Shown: in pieces, positions 26,361 through 38,716 of the stretch
Layout of the letters: each line of letters starts with the position of its first letter
How positions within the stretch are numbered: the first letter of the stretch is position 1
Assembly: GCA_905178155.1 (NCBI GenBank)
Contig: CAJINV010000002.1
Span: 3,300,515 to 3,364,514, forward strand
DNA: 64,000 nt
Direction of reading: 5' to 3'
Origin: Amoebophrya sp. A120
Taxonomy: Eukaryota > Protista > Dinoflagellata
Made by a program: the position numbers and the translations under genes
The notes under the pieces: model-generated
Told to the model about the DNA's origin: nothing
What the model saw: the letters and a program-made list of their open reading frames with translations, nothing else
The model's database searches: none

Positions 26361-29300
26361 ATGTCTTCGCTCTTCCAGTTACGACGTGTTGTTGGGGCGG
26401 ATGTAGGCGAAGATACAACCTCCACAACGTCGTCAACAGCGGGACGACCACGCCGCACGAGGAAGGTATTCGAAGCACTAAAAAAGGTCGTCCTTCTCGG
26501 GAGAAGCAAGACGTCGCGGAGCACCAGCAGGTCTTCCGCGATCATGAAGAGCAAGGGGCCTGTTTCAAGAATGACACGTGGTCGCCCAGAACAGCCCCAG
26601 CTGGCTTCGCTTTGCTTGTCGGCAGCTGCAGCCTTCGCTCTCCTCTGTTCGGTCTTTGTTCCTGAGCATAATGATCCTGCTGTACTATTCGTTCGCTTGG
26701 CCGCCGGGTTCTCAGTGACGTCTTTGAATAAGAAGAAAACCAGTTCTACTTCTCGAATTGGCAGCACTACGCGAACGGGAAAAATAAAGAAGATACGACA
26801 GAACAACAGGAAGAACTCTTTTGGAAACAACAAGAAAAGCAGCATGCTGGGACAAGTTCAAGGAGAAAACCAGAAGCAGGCGCAAAGTTCGAAGATCAAA
26901 AATCGGATCCGCGCGGCGACGAATAGTGGAGGTAGAAGTTCAGGCTCTTCTCCTGCTGCTGGTCATGCAGTGCGACGACGAGGAGCAGGTGACCCCGTTG
27001 CTTCTACTTTCGAAGAAAAAGCAGCTGCAGATCCTCGTATAGATTTCCTGGACGATGAACTGCAGGAAGGCACACGTAGTGGAAAAGAAGAACGTGGTCA
27101 AGATGAAGAACACCTGCAACACGACCCGACCTCCACCAGCATGTTAGAAGAAGGAAAAACGTCGCATGCCACCGCCGCTGCTGCTGCGGCGGGAGAACCT
27201 CCACTGCTGGGCCTCACAACGTCTTGCTGTGGCACGGATAAGGAACAGGAGGAGAATAAGGTAGATCTTACCACGTCGACGAGCAGGACCTCCAACGGGC
27301 GACACCAGCCGAACTCGGAAAGTGTCCACGCTGTACCGCCCACAAGTGGCGGCCGCGGGGAGCAGGATCATGAAAAGAGCGACCGCACGTCCACAGCGCT
27401 GGCGACGGTGAAGAAGATGAAGAGGACCCCGGCGCAGCAGCCCCCTGTTGCTTCACAACTGAAGATGAGCAGCAATAGTGTTCTTAGTGTTGACCGCACA
27501 GGCTTGGGACACTGCGCCGGCGAAAGAAACATACCGAATACCAGCCCGCGCACGGCAACGGATCTTGGAGAATTGTACCAGGTCAAAGGGCCCGCTTACA
27601 AGTGGTGCTCCCCGCCGTCCGGGTCGCGTTGTGAGTATCATTTCGCAGATAATGCGGTGACCGACGAGGATTACGCCTTCCCCTTCCCCTCAGACGTATC
27701 GGCAAGCAAGTGCTACTATCGGCGCGGCCCGTACAAAGGTAAGCAGGCCGATTTGGACCATGGGGTAGAAGAGTGTCGGCACCTGTGTGACCACATTGAG
27801 GGCTGCACGTTCTACGCGGCAGAATACATGGAATCCGAGGAAGAAGGGTGGGTCGACGGCGAAGAGGAGCGATACCAGTGCCATTTCTACGCGATCATAT
27901 CAAATGCAAAAATGTCTGTGTCTGGAAGATTCTGACACTTGTCTTGCACGTTTTGCATGAGCCATGATGTCTGTGATGCACCCCCATAGCAATACAGATT
28001 TTTTGAGGGCTTCTTGATGCGTATTCCGCATGCCAAGTGCCTTCTCAGCGTAGCAAAAATTGCCTTTCCTGTGGTACTCATGCGATACAATTTTTTTTGG
28101 AATCCAAATGCAGCATCACAAGTTGCATTCTCCCAGCCCCAGACATTTTTACATTTGATAGATCAAGAAGCCGGAGTACTACAATAACCCCTCGAACGCC
28201 GCGAAATGCAAACCGACCCCACATAGCTGGATCAACGATTACCACACTGGTACCGGCATTTACGCCTATCCGGTGTTTATTTTTCAATGCGTAGCAGGAC
28301 AGCCAAATCAAAGTCTGGTGATTTGTCAGTGCGCCAATGGAGAGAAAAACGAAGACGCGGAGTCCTGTCCGGCACACCTGGCGCAGAACTGCGAATCGTG
28401 TGACGAATCAAAGTGGAGGAAAAGGCAAAATTGGCCGCAAACGGGCCACACTTCCTGCTGGCCCAAGTGTGGTTCCAATTCTAATCAGCTATGTCACCAG
28501 AAGGAGGGAAGCAACGGTAGCAACGGCTACTACATCCCGTCACCCGACGAAACGTACTGCGCCGACGACGTTCCTTACACCTACAATGATGGGAGCTGGC
28601 CCTTTACCCAGTGCCGCGACAGTTGCTGCAGACGGGGCTGCAAGAAGCCCGTCGCCGGCGTTCTGAATAAACTACAGGGGAGCATAAGCAATTCTAACTG
28701 GCAGTCGCGTTTGCGCGCTGTGAACTGGTTACCCGGCATGACTGAAGGCGCCGCCAATGCTATCTCCGGCGTGAGCTGTAAAGACGAATGGGACCCAAAC
28801 TACCCGGCCGAATTCTATTGCGAAACCGCGGGCGAGTATCCTATGTAAAAACGTACCCACCCCATAGTCAAGATGGGGAATCGGCTAGACAAATCGACAA
28901 GCTTTGGCTGTTTCGCATGACAAATTTGGACGCGTAGTGTAGTGCTGTTTGAGCTAGTTCAGCAGCATTACAGATCTAGTCTCTCATGCTGATTGGAGCA
29001 TGACAAATTTCAAAACAGCATTGGAAAATGCTTCTCATGGGGCTCCGCATGAGAAACATTCTAAGCATGCAGATTTGCATGACAACTATGGTGTGGGGAC
29101 GTTTTTACACAGGATAGCGAGCCACTGAAAATGAAGGGGTGCGACCAGAAGACTTGCGAGTTATCCTGTGCAAAAGTATCGTACTCATAGTAATCTCAGT
29201 CATGCATTACAAATTTCTTTGTCAAGTCAAATCCGCATTACAAATTTTATTTCTCATGCTGAGGAAATTTGCAATGCATCTATACGAGTGTGATACTTTT

Positions 29301-32300
29301 GCAATTCATACGAGTGCCCCAACGGCAACCCTGACGCCAGCGCGTGTGATAAACATGGCGACATACAGTGCGCGAGCTGCACGGATTCGAACAGATGGAT
29401 TCTGCGGACCGACAACTGGCCCGCCGTTGGGCAAAAGGGTTGCTTTCCAAAGTGCGGGGCGAGTAATGCGCTAGGCTGTCCCAAAAAGAATGCGAACGGC
29501 GTTCATTTCATCCCAACTAGCAATCCAGACGAATTATGCACCAACGTCGCCGACAGCGACGCCCGGACACTCAATTTCGACCCCGCTGCCAAATGCCGCG
29601 AGACCTGCTGCAAGCAAGGGTGCAAAGTTCCAAGTAGCGCGGCCCTGGGGAAACTGAATAGGGGCGCGGGCTGGGGGAACTGGAAAACCGAGCTGGTGAC
29701 AGAAAAGTTCACACCGGGCATGACCATGGCTGGTGCGAAAACGATCTCCGGTGTGGCCTGCAACCCCGAGTGGGACCCGAGCTCCCCAGCCAAATTCTAC
29801 TGCGAAAATCCGGGGCAGCCACTGCAGCTGAAGGGATGCGACCAGAAGACTTGCCGTTGCCCCCACGGAACTCTCGATGAGGGCGCGTGTGACAAGCACG
29901 GGGACATCCAGTGTGCGAGCTGCACCGCCCCGAACAAATGGACGCTGCGGAACAACTGGCCCGCCCCTGGCCAAAAAGGTTGCTTTCCGAAGTGCGGGAC
30001 TTCTGCCTACCAAAATTGCGCCGCGCTAGGTGCAGGAAGTGGAATTCACTACATTGCCAGCGACAGTGGAACTCTTTGCGAAGGTATTGATGATTCGAAC
30101 GCCCTGGATGAGGATCAGAGCCTCGACCCCAAAACTGCTTGTCAAACCAGCTGCTGTAGGCAGGGGTGCATGGTTCCGAGCGCCGCCGACCTTGCGAAAC
30201 TGAATCGGGACGCGAACTGGAACAAGTGGGGAATCGAACTTATCCAGCAGAAATTCTTGCCGGGGAGTGGAGCGAAATCGATCAGCGGCGTATCATGCAA
30301 CGGCGACTGGGACCAGAGTAGTCAACCGAAGTTCTATTGCGACAGCCCAGGAGAAGCACTGAAAATGACGGGCTGTGATGTGAAAACTTGCAGCTGTCCC
30401 AACGGCGCTGTCGATTCGGGCTCGTGCGCTGCGCACGGCCAAATTCAGTGTCAAAGCTGCGGTGACCCGGCTAAATGGACGCTGCGGAACAACTGGCCCA
30501 GCGTTGGAGAAAAAGGCTGCTTTCTATCCACAGTAAATTTCCCGCACACGTACAAATGCGGTCTCTGCATGACAAAACTGCGGCTCGAGCCTCATTTGGC
30601 ATGACAAATCTTACACCCCAATGAATTGGTGAAATTTGTGATGCATTTTGTACATGTACAGGAATGGAAATTTGTATTGCATACTTTCCGATTTGCGGCG
30701 ATGCCTCCAACCAAGATTGCGCCCAGCCGGATGGAAACTCGGTGTACTTTATCCCTACAACCCCCGCGGAAACTTATTGTCCAGGGGTGAGCAACACCGT
30801 AGCCCTTATTAATGGGCAGTACCCCACTGATACCTGCCACGACCACTGCTGCAGACAAGGGTGCAAGAACCCGGGGAGCGCGGCGCTCGCGAAGCTTGGT
30901 GACAACTTGGGAACTGGTTTTGACTGGACGAGCTACTTGACGAGTGAGAACGCGCTGCCGCGTGGGGATTTCGCTTTCGTGCAGCGTGGGATTGAAAAAC
31001 CAAGCGGGGAGGGTTTCATCTCTGCCCCATGGAACACGTGCGTATCCTGTGCAAAAGTATCGTACTCGTAGTAATTACAGTCATGCATTACAAATTTTTC
31101 TCTCAAGTTAAATCCGCATTACAAATTTTATTTCTCATGCTGAGGAAATTTGTCATGCGATTTATACTAGTACGATGCTTTTGCATTTCATAGTGCGACT
31201 CCACCGGTGACACCCCACTGGCCGTCAGCAAACTTACGGACCGGTTCCCGGTTCGTTGCTGCGGCGACGAGGACCTTGTGGCCAGCTTATGAACGTGAAA
31301 TAACGCATGATGATCATGATGTCATAGGCTGGGTCTTGATAAATAAAGAGCCTACATCAAGATGAACTTCTACACCGATTTCTTAGTTTAGTAAAAATCG
31401 TTCTCCTTGCTCGGCGTGGACAGACAGACCGACGCAGTTCGAGCCAGTGCCAGAAAAACCGCTTCTATTGAAAGCAGCTCGTGTCGTTTTTGGTTTGGTG
31501 CTGTGTCATGCAAAACGTGCACGAGCTAGAGTTTGTGCCATGGCCATGCTGATGCAGTTGCAGCATAATGTTGAAATTCTGCTGCGTTGTAGCTAGTTTA
31601 TCCGGCTAAAAAATTATTACCTCTCCCAAGAAATCACGAGCACGATTCCTTTCGAGACCCAGAAGATATAATTATCGCGTTTTTTACACGTGATAGTATG
31701 GCGCTTTCGTTTCCAGCAAGTCCATCGTCAACCCGCGAGACACTAACACGCGAGTCGACTGCAAGACGCCGGCAGGGCCAGATGGCAGCCAAATGTGTAA
31801 AGCTGACTGGGCAGTTTCGGAGCTTTACACGTACGAAGACGCCGTCCAGCTCTGCGAGAACACGGGCAACCGGATATCCTATGTAAAAACGTCCCCACAC
31901 CAGAGTCAAGCTGGGGATCTCGCAACACAAATCGAGAAGTTTTGGGGGTCCAGCATGACAAGTTCGTCTCTCTATTGTAGTGCAGTTTAGCAAGCACAGC
32001 CGCAACACAAATCCATCTACTCATCCTGTCGACAGCATTACAAAGCGCAAAACGCGATTGGAAATGCCTCTCATGTGGATGCGCATTACAAATCTTCCTG
32101 TAGCTGCAAATCTGCATGACAACTCTGGGGTGGGTACATTTTTGCTCAGGATAGCGGAGGTTGTGCACGCCGGAGGAACTGATGACGAAGCGCGAAGTAT
32201 CCTATTTAAAAACGTCCCCACACTATAGTTGTCATGCAAATCTGCATGCTTAAAATGTTTCTCATGCGGAACCTCATGAGAAGCATTTTCTAATGGTGTT

Positions 32301-35300
32301 TTGAAATTTGTCATGCTCCAATCAGCATGAGAGACTAGATCTGTGATGCTGCTGAGCTAGCTCAAACAGCACTACGCGACGAATCCAAATTTGTCATGCA
32401 GAACAGCCAAAACTTGTGGATTTGTCTGGCCGATTCCCCATCCTGACTCTGGTGTGGGGACGTTTTTACAAATGATACGAAGATCAGAACTTTCTGTGTC
32501 AGGGCACCGGCGGCGGCTGCGACAATGGCTGCATCTGGACCGCGACGACACCCATTACCGTCATAGGGGCGCAGTGCCGGACCGGCGCCTTTACCGGCGC
32601 TGCGCCGACGTTCTTTTGCGACAATCCCGGCGAGGAAATGCGGATGGAGGGGTGCGAATTGCAGGTGGTCGACTGTGTGGGGGCCTGGGACTTTGCTACA
32701 GATGCCGACCTTATCGAACAACAGTGTGAGGGCAACGGAGAAACATTGACCCGGTTTCACACTCAAACCACCCCCGCAGAAAATGGCGGAGCGGAGTGCG
32801 AGCACCACGACGGGAAAGACATTATGGTTCAGTGTCCGTTTATGGATGTGTCAGGTTTGAAATCGTCAGAGTTGAAATAGTTTGCCATGCATAAAATGGA
32901 TGCCAGTTGGAGCCCAGTTTTTAAATGGCGCATGACAAGTTTTGGTGGTGCCTGAATCCAGTTTGTAATGCTGTTTGGGTAAGGAAGACGCGTTTTATTG
33001 TCATGCTACTTTAGCAGCTCTATCTCTACCCCTCAACAGGCTTGCAATCTGCCATCCTTGCCTACTCTGCAAGACAGGCACTTTGTGGGTTGCATTTTAT
33101 GCATCACAAATTATTTCAACTTTGTCGATTTCAAACCTGACGCTTCCATACCGTTGTACAGCTGCCGGTGCGACAACGGTGAACCCGAGACGGGGTCAGC
33201 GTGCGCTGCTGATGGTAGTACGGTCTGGTGTTTGGAATGGAAGTGCTACGACGGGAACCATGCAGTAGTACTCAATGGGACCACGAGGTGCGAAGTGAAT
33301 CAGTGCAGGTGCGACCATGGTATCGCCGCCACTGGGGTGAACTGTACCGCGGATGGCCTGACGGTCGGTTGCGTCGACTGCAGCAAGATGACGGGGTACC
33401 GCACGACGCCAAGCTCGGACGGGCAGACCCAGCAGTGCATTTTGATGCAGTGCAGCTGTCCGGACGGAAGGGGTCCGCCCAAAACGGGCGAGGAGTGCGC
33501 ACCCGGGGACGGGAGCGTCCAGAAGTGCGAGAGCTGCACCGCAGTGGGCTTCCATCTGGACGAGGCAACGGAACTCTGTGTCGCAAACGTCTGCACCTGT
33601 TCGCACGGCACGGCGGCGAACGGAACAGCGTGTACTTCCCACGACGCGGAAATCTGCACTAGTTGCGACGTCAGCGGGGGCTTTCACCTGGAAGATTATA
33701 CTGCAAATGACGGAACGACGTCGAATAAAATGTGTGTCGCCAACAACTGCACTTGCAGCGAAGCCGGCGGGAGTCCTGCGGTTGGTGCGGAGTGCACCAC
33801 ACACAACGCGGAGATTTGTGCTGTTACTTCCACGCCAACAAGTTCTACCTCCGCGACATCGGCTAATGTTGGTGGAGATGAAACTTCGACTACGACAACC
33901 ACAACGACTGCAACTTCTTCTGCTACTGGTAACAGCACGCAAGATCGGCATTTGCTTGACGACGAAAAAGTAGAAGAAATCAAGTTTACCAACGACACTA
34001 CCGATGAAACAACGACCGAGACCACCACCGAAACTTCCGGGGGGTTAAGCGCCGGCGTGGTTGGCGCTGTCGTTGGCGTTTTGTTTCTCATTCTTGCCGT
34101 ACTGGCAGTCTGGTTTTTCGTGCTCCGGACAGATAAGGACGAAAAGGATGTTGCGCCGCAAGCAACAGCTACCCCACCAGCACAGGATACAACCCCCGGG
34201 AAAACTCCACCTCGCAAGTCATCCGACCTGCGCTTTGAATTCGAGCCGGTCAACAACGCCCTGTTGGATGCGGGTTTGACGGCCGCCTACGCGGGGCAGC
34301 TGGCACACCAGATTTGCGATGAGGATGTGGAAGACGACGACGTATTGGCGAAACCGACCGACGCGCGTGATTCGCTCATCATGAGGCGGCTTGGCCTCGA
34401 GTTTCTCGACGAGGATCCGGAACGGGTGGGTCGCCTCCGCGGCTTCCTCCTTAACGTGGCGAAACAGCAAAGGAAAAAGAGCATTCTGAACCATGATGAA
34501 GGTGGTCAACAGACCAGAATGTCCGCCGCAGCGAATGCGCAGGCTGGGTCGACGGTAGTGCACTTGCACAGAGGCACAGGCACTTCTGGCACGACCGCGA
34601 CCGGACTTGGAGCCGATTTTTCGGAGCAAACCATTAAAAGCCACATGACTACTAGCACCGGCGGGACGGAGGTGGATCAGGAACTTGGCCAGCAGGGCAA
34701 CGACCACGACGAGCAGGCGATGACCCTGAATTTGGATGAAACCAAGCAGAAACTCGCTGAGGAAGGGTTTTCCCCGCGCGCCGCGGAGTTTCTCGCGGGC
34801 AAGCTGGCCGAGCGGGCTGCGGCAATGGAACATCAAATGGGAGGTGGTGGACCAGCACGTCGGTCGCAAGGAACAACGCACAGCGGTGTGTCCAATGCCA
34901 CAGCGGGGTACCTGCGAGCTTCGAACGAAACCGTCGCTATGCAGGAAAACTCGGCGGGCGAGGAGCAGGCTGGTGGTGCAGGGCCATCAATGAAGCGAAA
35001 CAAGGAGCAACTGACGCCGGCGGCGCGGCTGGCACAGCTGATGAAAATTTCGCCGGAGGATCTGGAAGAGTGGGACTGGGAGATGCACGTGGAACAGGCT
35101 GACAAGGAAAAGATGGTGGTATGGATTGCAAGTATGTCTGGGTCTGGAAACTTGTGATGCTGAGTCGTGAATAGTGAATGCTCTGTAATGCAAAGCCAAG
35201 CAAGAGAAATATTTGCGCGGGTCAGTATTCTATTGCGCTTTTCGCATAAAAAGCAGCGTTTTTGCATCACAAGAGAAAGGATTTCTTATTGGACACGCAT

Positions 35301-37203
35301 GACAAACTCTTCAGTCATGCCAGACAGGCATGACAAACGTTACATCCTTCCAGACCCAGACATGTTTGCTCTTGATAGCTGGAAATGATGGAGAAATTCG
35401 GCGACGCGGAGTATCTCCAGCGCTTCGGATATGGATGTGTCAGGATTGAAATTGACAAAGTTGAAATAACTTGTAATGCATAAAATCGATACCAACAGGA
35501 CCCACAGTTTCTAGTCGGTGCATGACAAATTTTGTTTGTACCGGAGGCCAGTTTGTCATGCTGTTTCGGGCAAAGGGGCTCCCCTCTGTGATGCTAATCA
35601 GCAGCCCCATTCTCGACCCTTACCAGCACTACAATCTGCCTCCCTTGCGTCCTCTGCAATAGAGGCAATTCCTGCGTTGCATTTTATGCATGACAAACTA
35701 TTTCAACTCTGACGATTTCGATCCTGACACAACCATATCGGCAACTTCCTGGTGCCGGCGCACACGACCAAAAAGAAAAAAAATCGCCACTCCACCCGGG
35801 TCATCAACTTCAACCTGCGTGCCTTCGCCGAGGTCGAGGATCTCACTTTCGGGGACACGGAAGCCGTGAACGCACTGGCGAATTTTGTCGCTGTCATGCC
35901 ACCCAAGAAACGGTTCGAAAGAAAACACGACAATAAAGATCATAGCCAGAGGATGAGTACAGCATCGACGTCTCATGCGACAAAGATCCAACCTGGAGAT
36001 GGAAACCTCCTGCCCCAACAAGAACATGGGCAACATCAACAGGACGAACAACGTGGTGGCTCCTTTGCCCGGCGTAGCAGCATAGACAAGAAGGCCCTGG
36101 CCAGCGGGATCCTCGGGAGTGGGAAAAACTTTTTGGGAAACAACAGTCCTAAAAATTCGCCCATGATGTTCCCTAATTTGGATGAAAAAGACCTCGAGAC
36201 CGGAAGCTTTGACTCCGGTGGGGACCACCAGCACGAGACCTCGCCGGTGGAGAGTGTCTTGCCCAGTGCCGTCGGCGCGTATCATGTGAGCAAGCCTCCG
36301 CTGGTTTCTTCAGCCGTCTCAGAATCCTCGGAGGACTCAGGGGGGGAGGAGGCAGAGACGAGCGGGGATCTTGAGGGGCAAACCACGCCCGGGGGCACGA
36401 TTGTGAGGAAAAAGAAAAAAATTGTGAAAAAAAAGAAAGCCACTGGCACGACCACCGCTGGCACTTCTCCACCTGCAGCAGGTGCAACTACGAGTAGCAA
36501 GCCGACAAAAATTCCTAGTTCGTTGCCATTCCCATTGCCGCATAAGAAAACCGCCGGTGGTGCTTCTCCCGCTGGCACCAGCGTTGCGTCTTCTGGCAGC
36601 GAGACAGAAGGTGGAGCAGCTTCTACGGGTGAGGCGAGTAAGAAGGAAATGAAAGCTGCTGGTGCTGCTGGTCAGCCACATCACAAGAAGAAATCGACCA
36701 CTGCTGCCAGCACGACCAAAGTAGATAAGAAGCATTTTGACGCCGAAACGGAGAATTTGGTGCACCAAGCCACCGAGGCGCTTGTTGACGTGGGTTTCAA
36801 GAAGCAGCATGCGACCAAGATTGCGGAAAAGATTGCGGGCAAAACGGCTGCGGAGTTGGGGGAGAAAGCGCTGGCCTTAACGGAGGAAGAAAAGAAGATT
36901 GCGGCGGCCGGACTGGCAGGGGCTACGGTGAATGACTTGCAAGACCTCGCGGAGGAGTTGGTGGCGCAGAAAGCGGCCTTCTTCGCGAAGCAGCTCTCGC
37001 CGGAATCGCAGGCGCAGGCGGCCAAGAGCAAAGCGGTCGGCCAGCCTTTATCGCTCCTGGGAGAAAAATGCGCGTCGCCGGGAAAGCCGAAAGCCAAGCG
37101 AAAAGCGAAGGCAAAACACAAGGCGAAGGGTAAGGAGGGCGAAGTTTCGACGGGGGAAGAGGAGGGGCACCTACGAGACGAGGAGATCTTTTCTTTCGCT
37201 TAA
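26361..37203 (+). CDS. Giant Cys-rich type I membrane protein (PAN/Apple-like module, ~4 long Cys-rich repeats, short Cys modules, TM helix, K-rich cytoplasmic tail); 11 introner introns
   Basis: Frame continuous across all 11 elements; repeats with NWP..G...CFP.CG, SCC.QGC and WDP..P..FYC; TM segment GVVGAVVGVLFLILAVLAVWFFVL. Confidence 0.8.
27898..28160. mobile_element. Introner family C
   Basis: TATCAAATGCAAAAATGTCTG...CAGACATTTTTACATTTGATA, TSD GATCA. Confidence 0.9.
28837..29116. mobile_element. Introner family E
   Basis: TATCCTATGTAAAAACGT...ACGTTTTTACACAGGATA, TSD GCGAG. Confidence 0.9.
29162..29310. mobile_element. Introner family A
   Basis: TIRs, TSD CGAGT. Confidence 0.9.
30525..30683. 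mobile_element. Introner family G
   Basis: TAT...ATA, TSD CTTTC; frame GCFPICG. Confidence 0.88.
31043..31192. mobile_element. Introner family A
   Basis: TIRs, TSD GTGCG. Confidence 0.9.
31288..31695. mobile_element. Divergent singleton introner
   Basis: TATGAACGTGAAATAACGC...GCGTTTTTTACACGTGATA; flanks CAGCT/GTATG do not match, but removing the element plus 5 nt restores the frame. Confidence 0.65.
31875..32153. mobile_element. Introner family E
   Basis: TIRs, TSD CCGGA/GCGGA. Confidence 0.9.
32198..32477. mobile_element. Introner family E, inverted relative to 28837
   Basis: TIRs, TSD CGAAG. Confidence 0.9.
32841..33150. mobile_element. Introner family D
   Basis: TIRs, TSD CCGTT. Confidence 0.9.
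35120..35377. mobile_element. Introner family C
   Basis: TIRs, TSD GGTGG/GCTGG. Confidence 0.88.
35430..35737. mobile_element. Introner family D
   Basis: TIRs, TSD TCGGA/TCGGC. Confidence 0.9.
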
Positions 37204-38716
37204 GCGGCTGCTGCACCGAATAAAAAGATCTGAAGTTGTTGCTATAGAGGGTCCTCGTCCTCGTTTCTTTACAACTCAGTTCTTGCTTTTTTTCATTTGC
37301 AGTTGGCAGGAACAGGCAAAACGAAATACATGCTGCGTGATTCCCACTTTAAAAACTATTTGATAGACATTCTTGTTTTTTCTTTGTTAGTCACACATAC
37401 ACACACAGTTTAAGATTATCGCATTTCCATTTAGTTTCGTTGTATTCGTATTCGTATTTTTCCATCATGTGGGTGCGATGCCACCAGCACACACGACAGA
37501 AGAATTTTTACCTGTTAGTACTAGTAGTACTTCTCAGGGTTTAGTCTTTTTTCGTTCATCGCAAATTTTAGCCTTTTTTCTCTAGTTTTCATGTTCATTT
37601 TTTCAACATAATATCAATAGGACACCGGCGGGCGCGAGAGTGCTATCCTTCGGACGTCCAAAGTAAAAGTAAAAGTTTCTTTTTTTCGCCTTCCCCAAGC
37701 ACTTTTTTAACGTATTTTAGCTCCTTCCCATACCTGTATGTCAGGGGAGGTACCCCCTTGATGATGCTTTTCGTATATGCGAAAACGAATCAGCAAGCTC
37801 CCGCCCATGAGCTGCACGTCCATCATGTAGAACCAGGACGAAAAAACGAGCACTCTCAGTCACGCTTGATGACCATCTCTAGCTTTCTTTCGAATTCCCA
37901 ATCATGATCATCAAATTCAAAACTTGCAATTGAAGAGCAAGAGAGGTCTGCAGAGGATGCAGGACAAGCTTATTTCTGCATGGATAAACATAAATTGTTC
38001 GTGCCCGAAGTCGTGCCTGCTCCTGTCGGTATCTATGCATAAGATGATCCTAGAATTCGTGTACCTAAAAAGTAAAGAAGTAGGTTTTCCTTTTAGCTGT
38101 TGAGGCCAATCGTAGAAGTCGTTGTCGCAAAAATCATCGTTTTCGTCGCGCTTAGTCGTGATATGTGCACTTGGGTGTGATCATCTTCATTCTGACGTAG
38201 AAGGAAGGTCCAGCTACTGGAGAAAACAAAACGAAAAGGAAAAGCTCTTTCGAAATGTTGCACCTGCTCGTATCTTCACGCGATCGTGGTAAAATGTTTC
38301 TATCGGAGAACTTCTACATGGGTCGTGCAATCGTTGTGCTACTGCTATCGATAATATCGTAACTAGAGTTTAGCTCGTAATAAAAATGAATGCGACCAAG
38401 TTCTTCATCTTTCGGTTTTAAGACTCGTCGCGTCAGCCTCTACTACCTAGCTGGCGGGTCGCGATGAGATGAAGTGGCGTGTATTTGTATTATTTTCATT
38501 TCCAACGCCGGATAGTATGACAAATAAAGTACGAAGAAGCAGAAGACAAGTTTTTTTTTTCTCTCTACGACTGCGCTCATCTTTATGAGAAATCGAAATC
38601 CTCGTCCTGGGGCCACGAGGGTTTTAGGCATAAAGCATTGAAGACATTTAGCGCTCGCAAGTGCTTTTGTCCAATTACAAAGCTTAAACTCGAGGAACTG
38701 ATTGTACATTCTCAAG

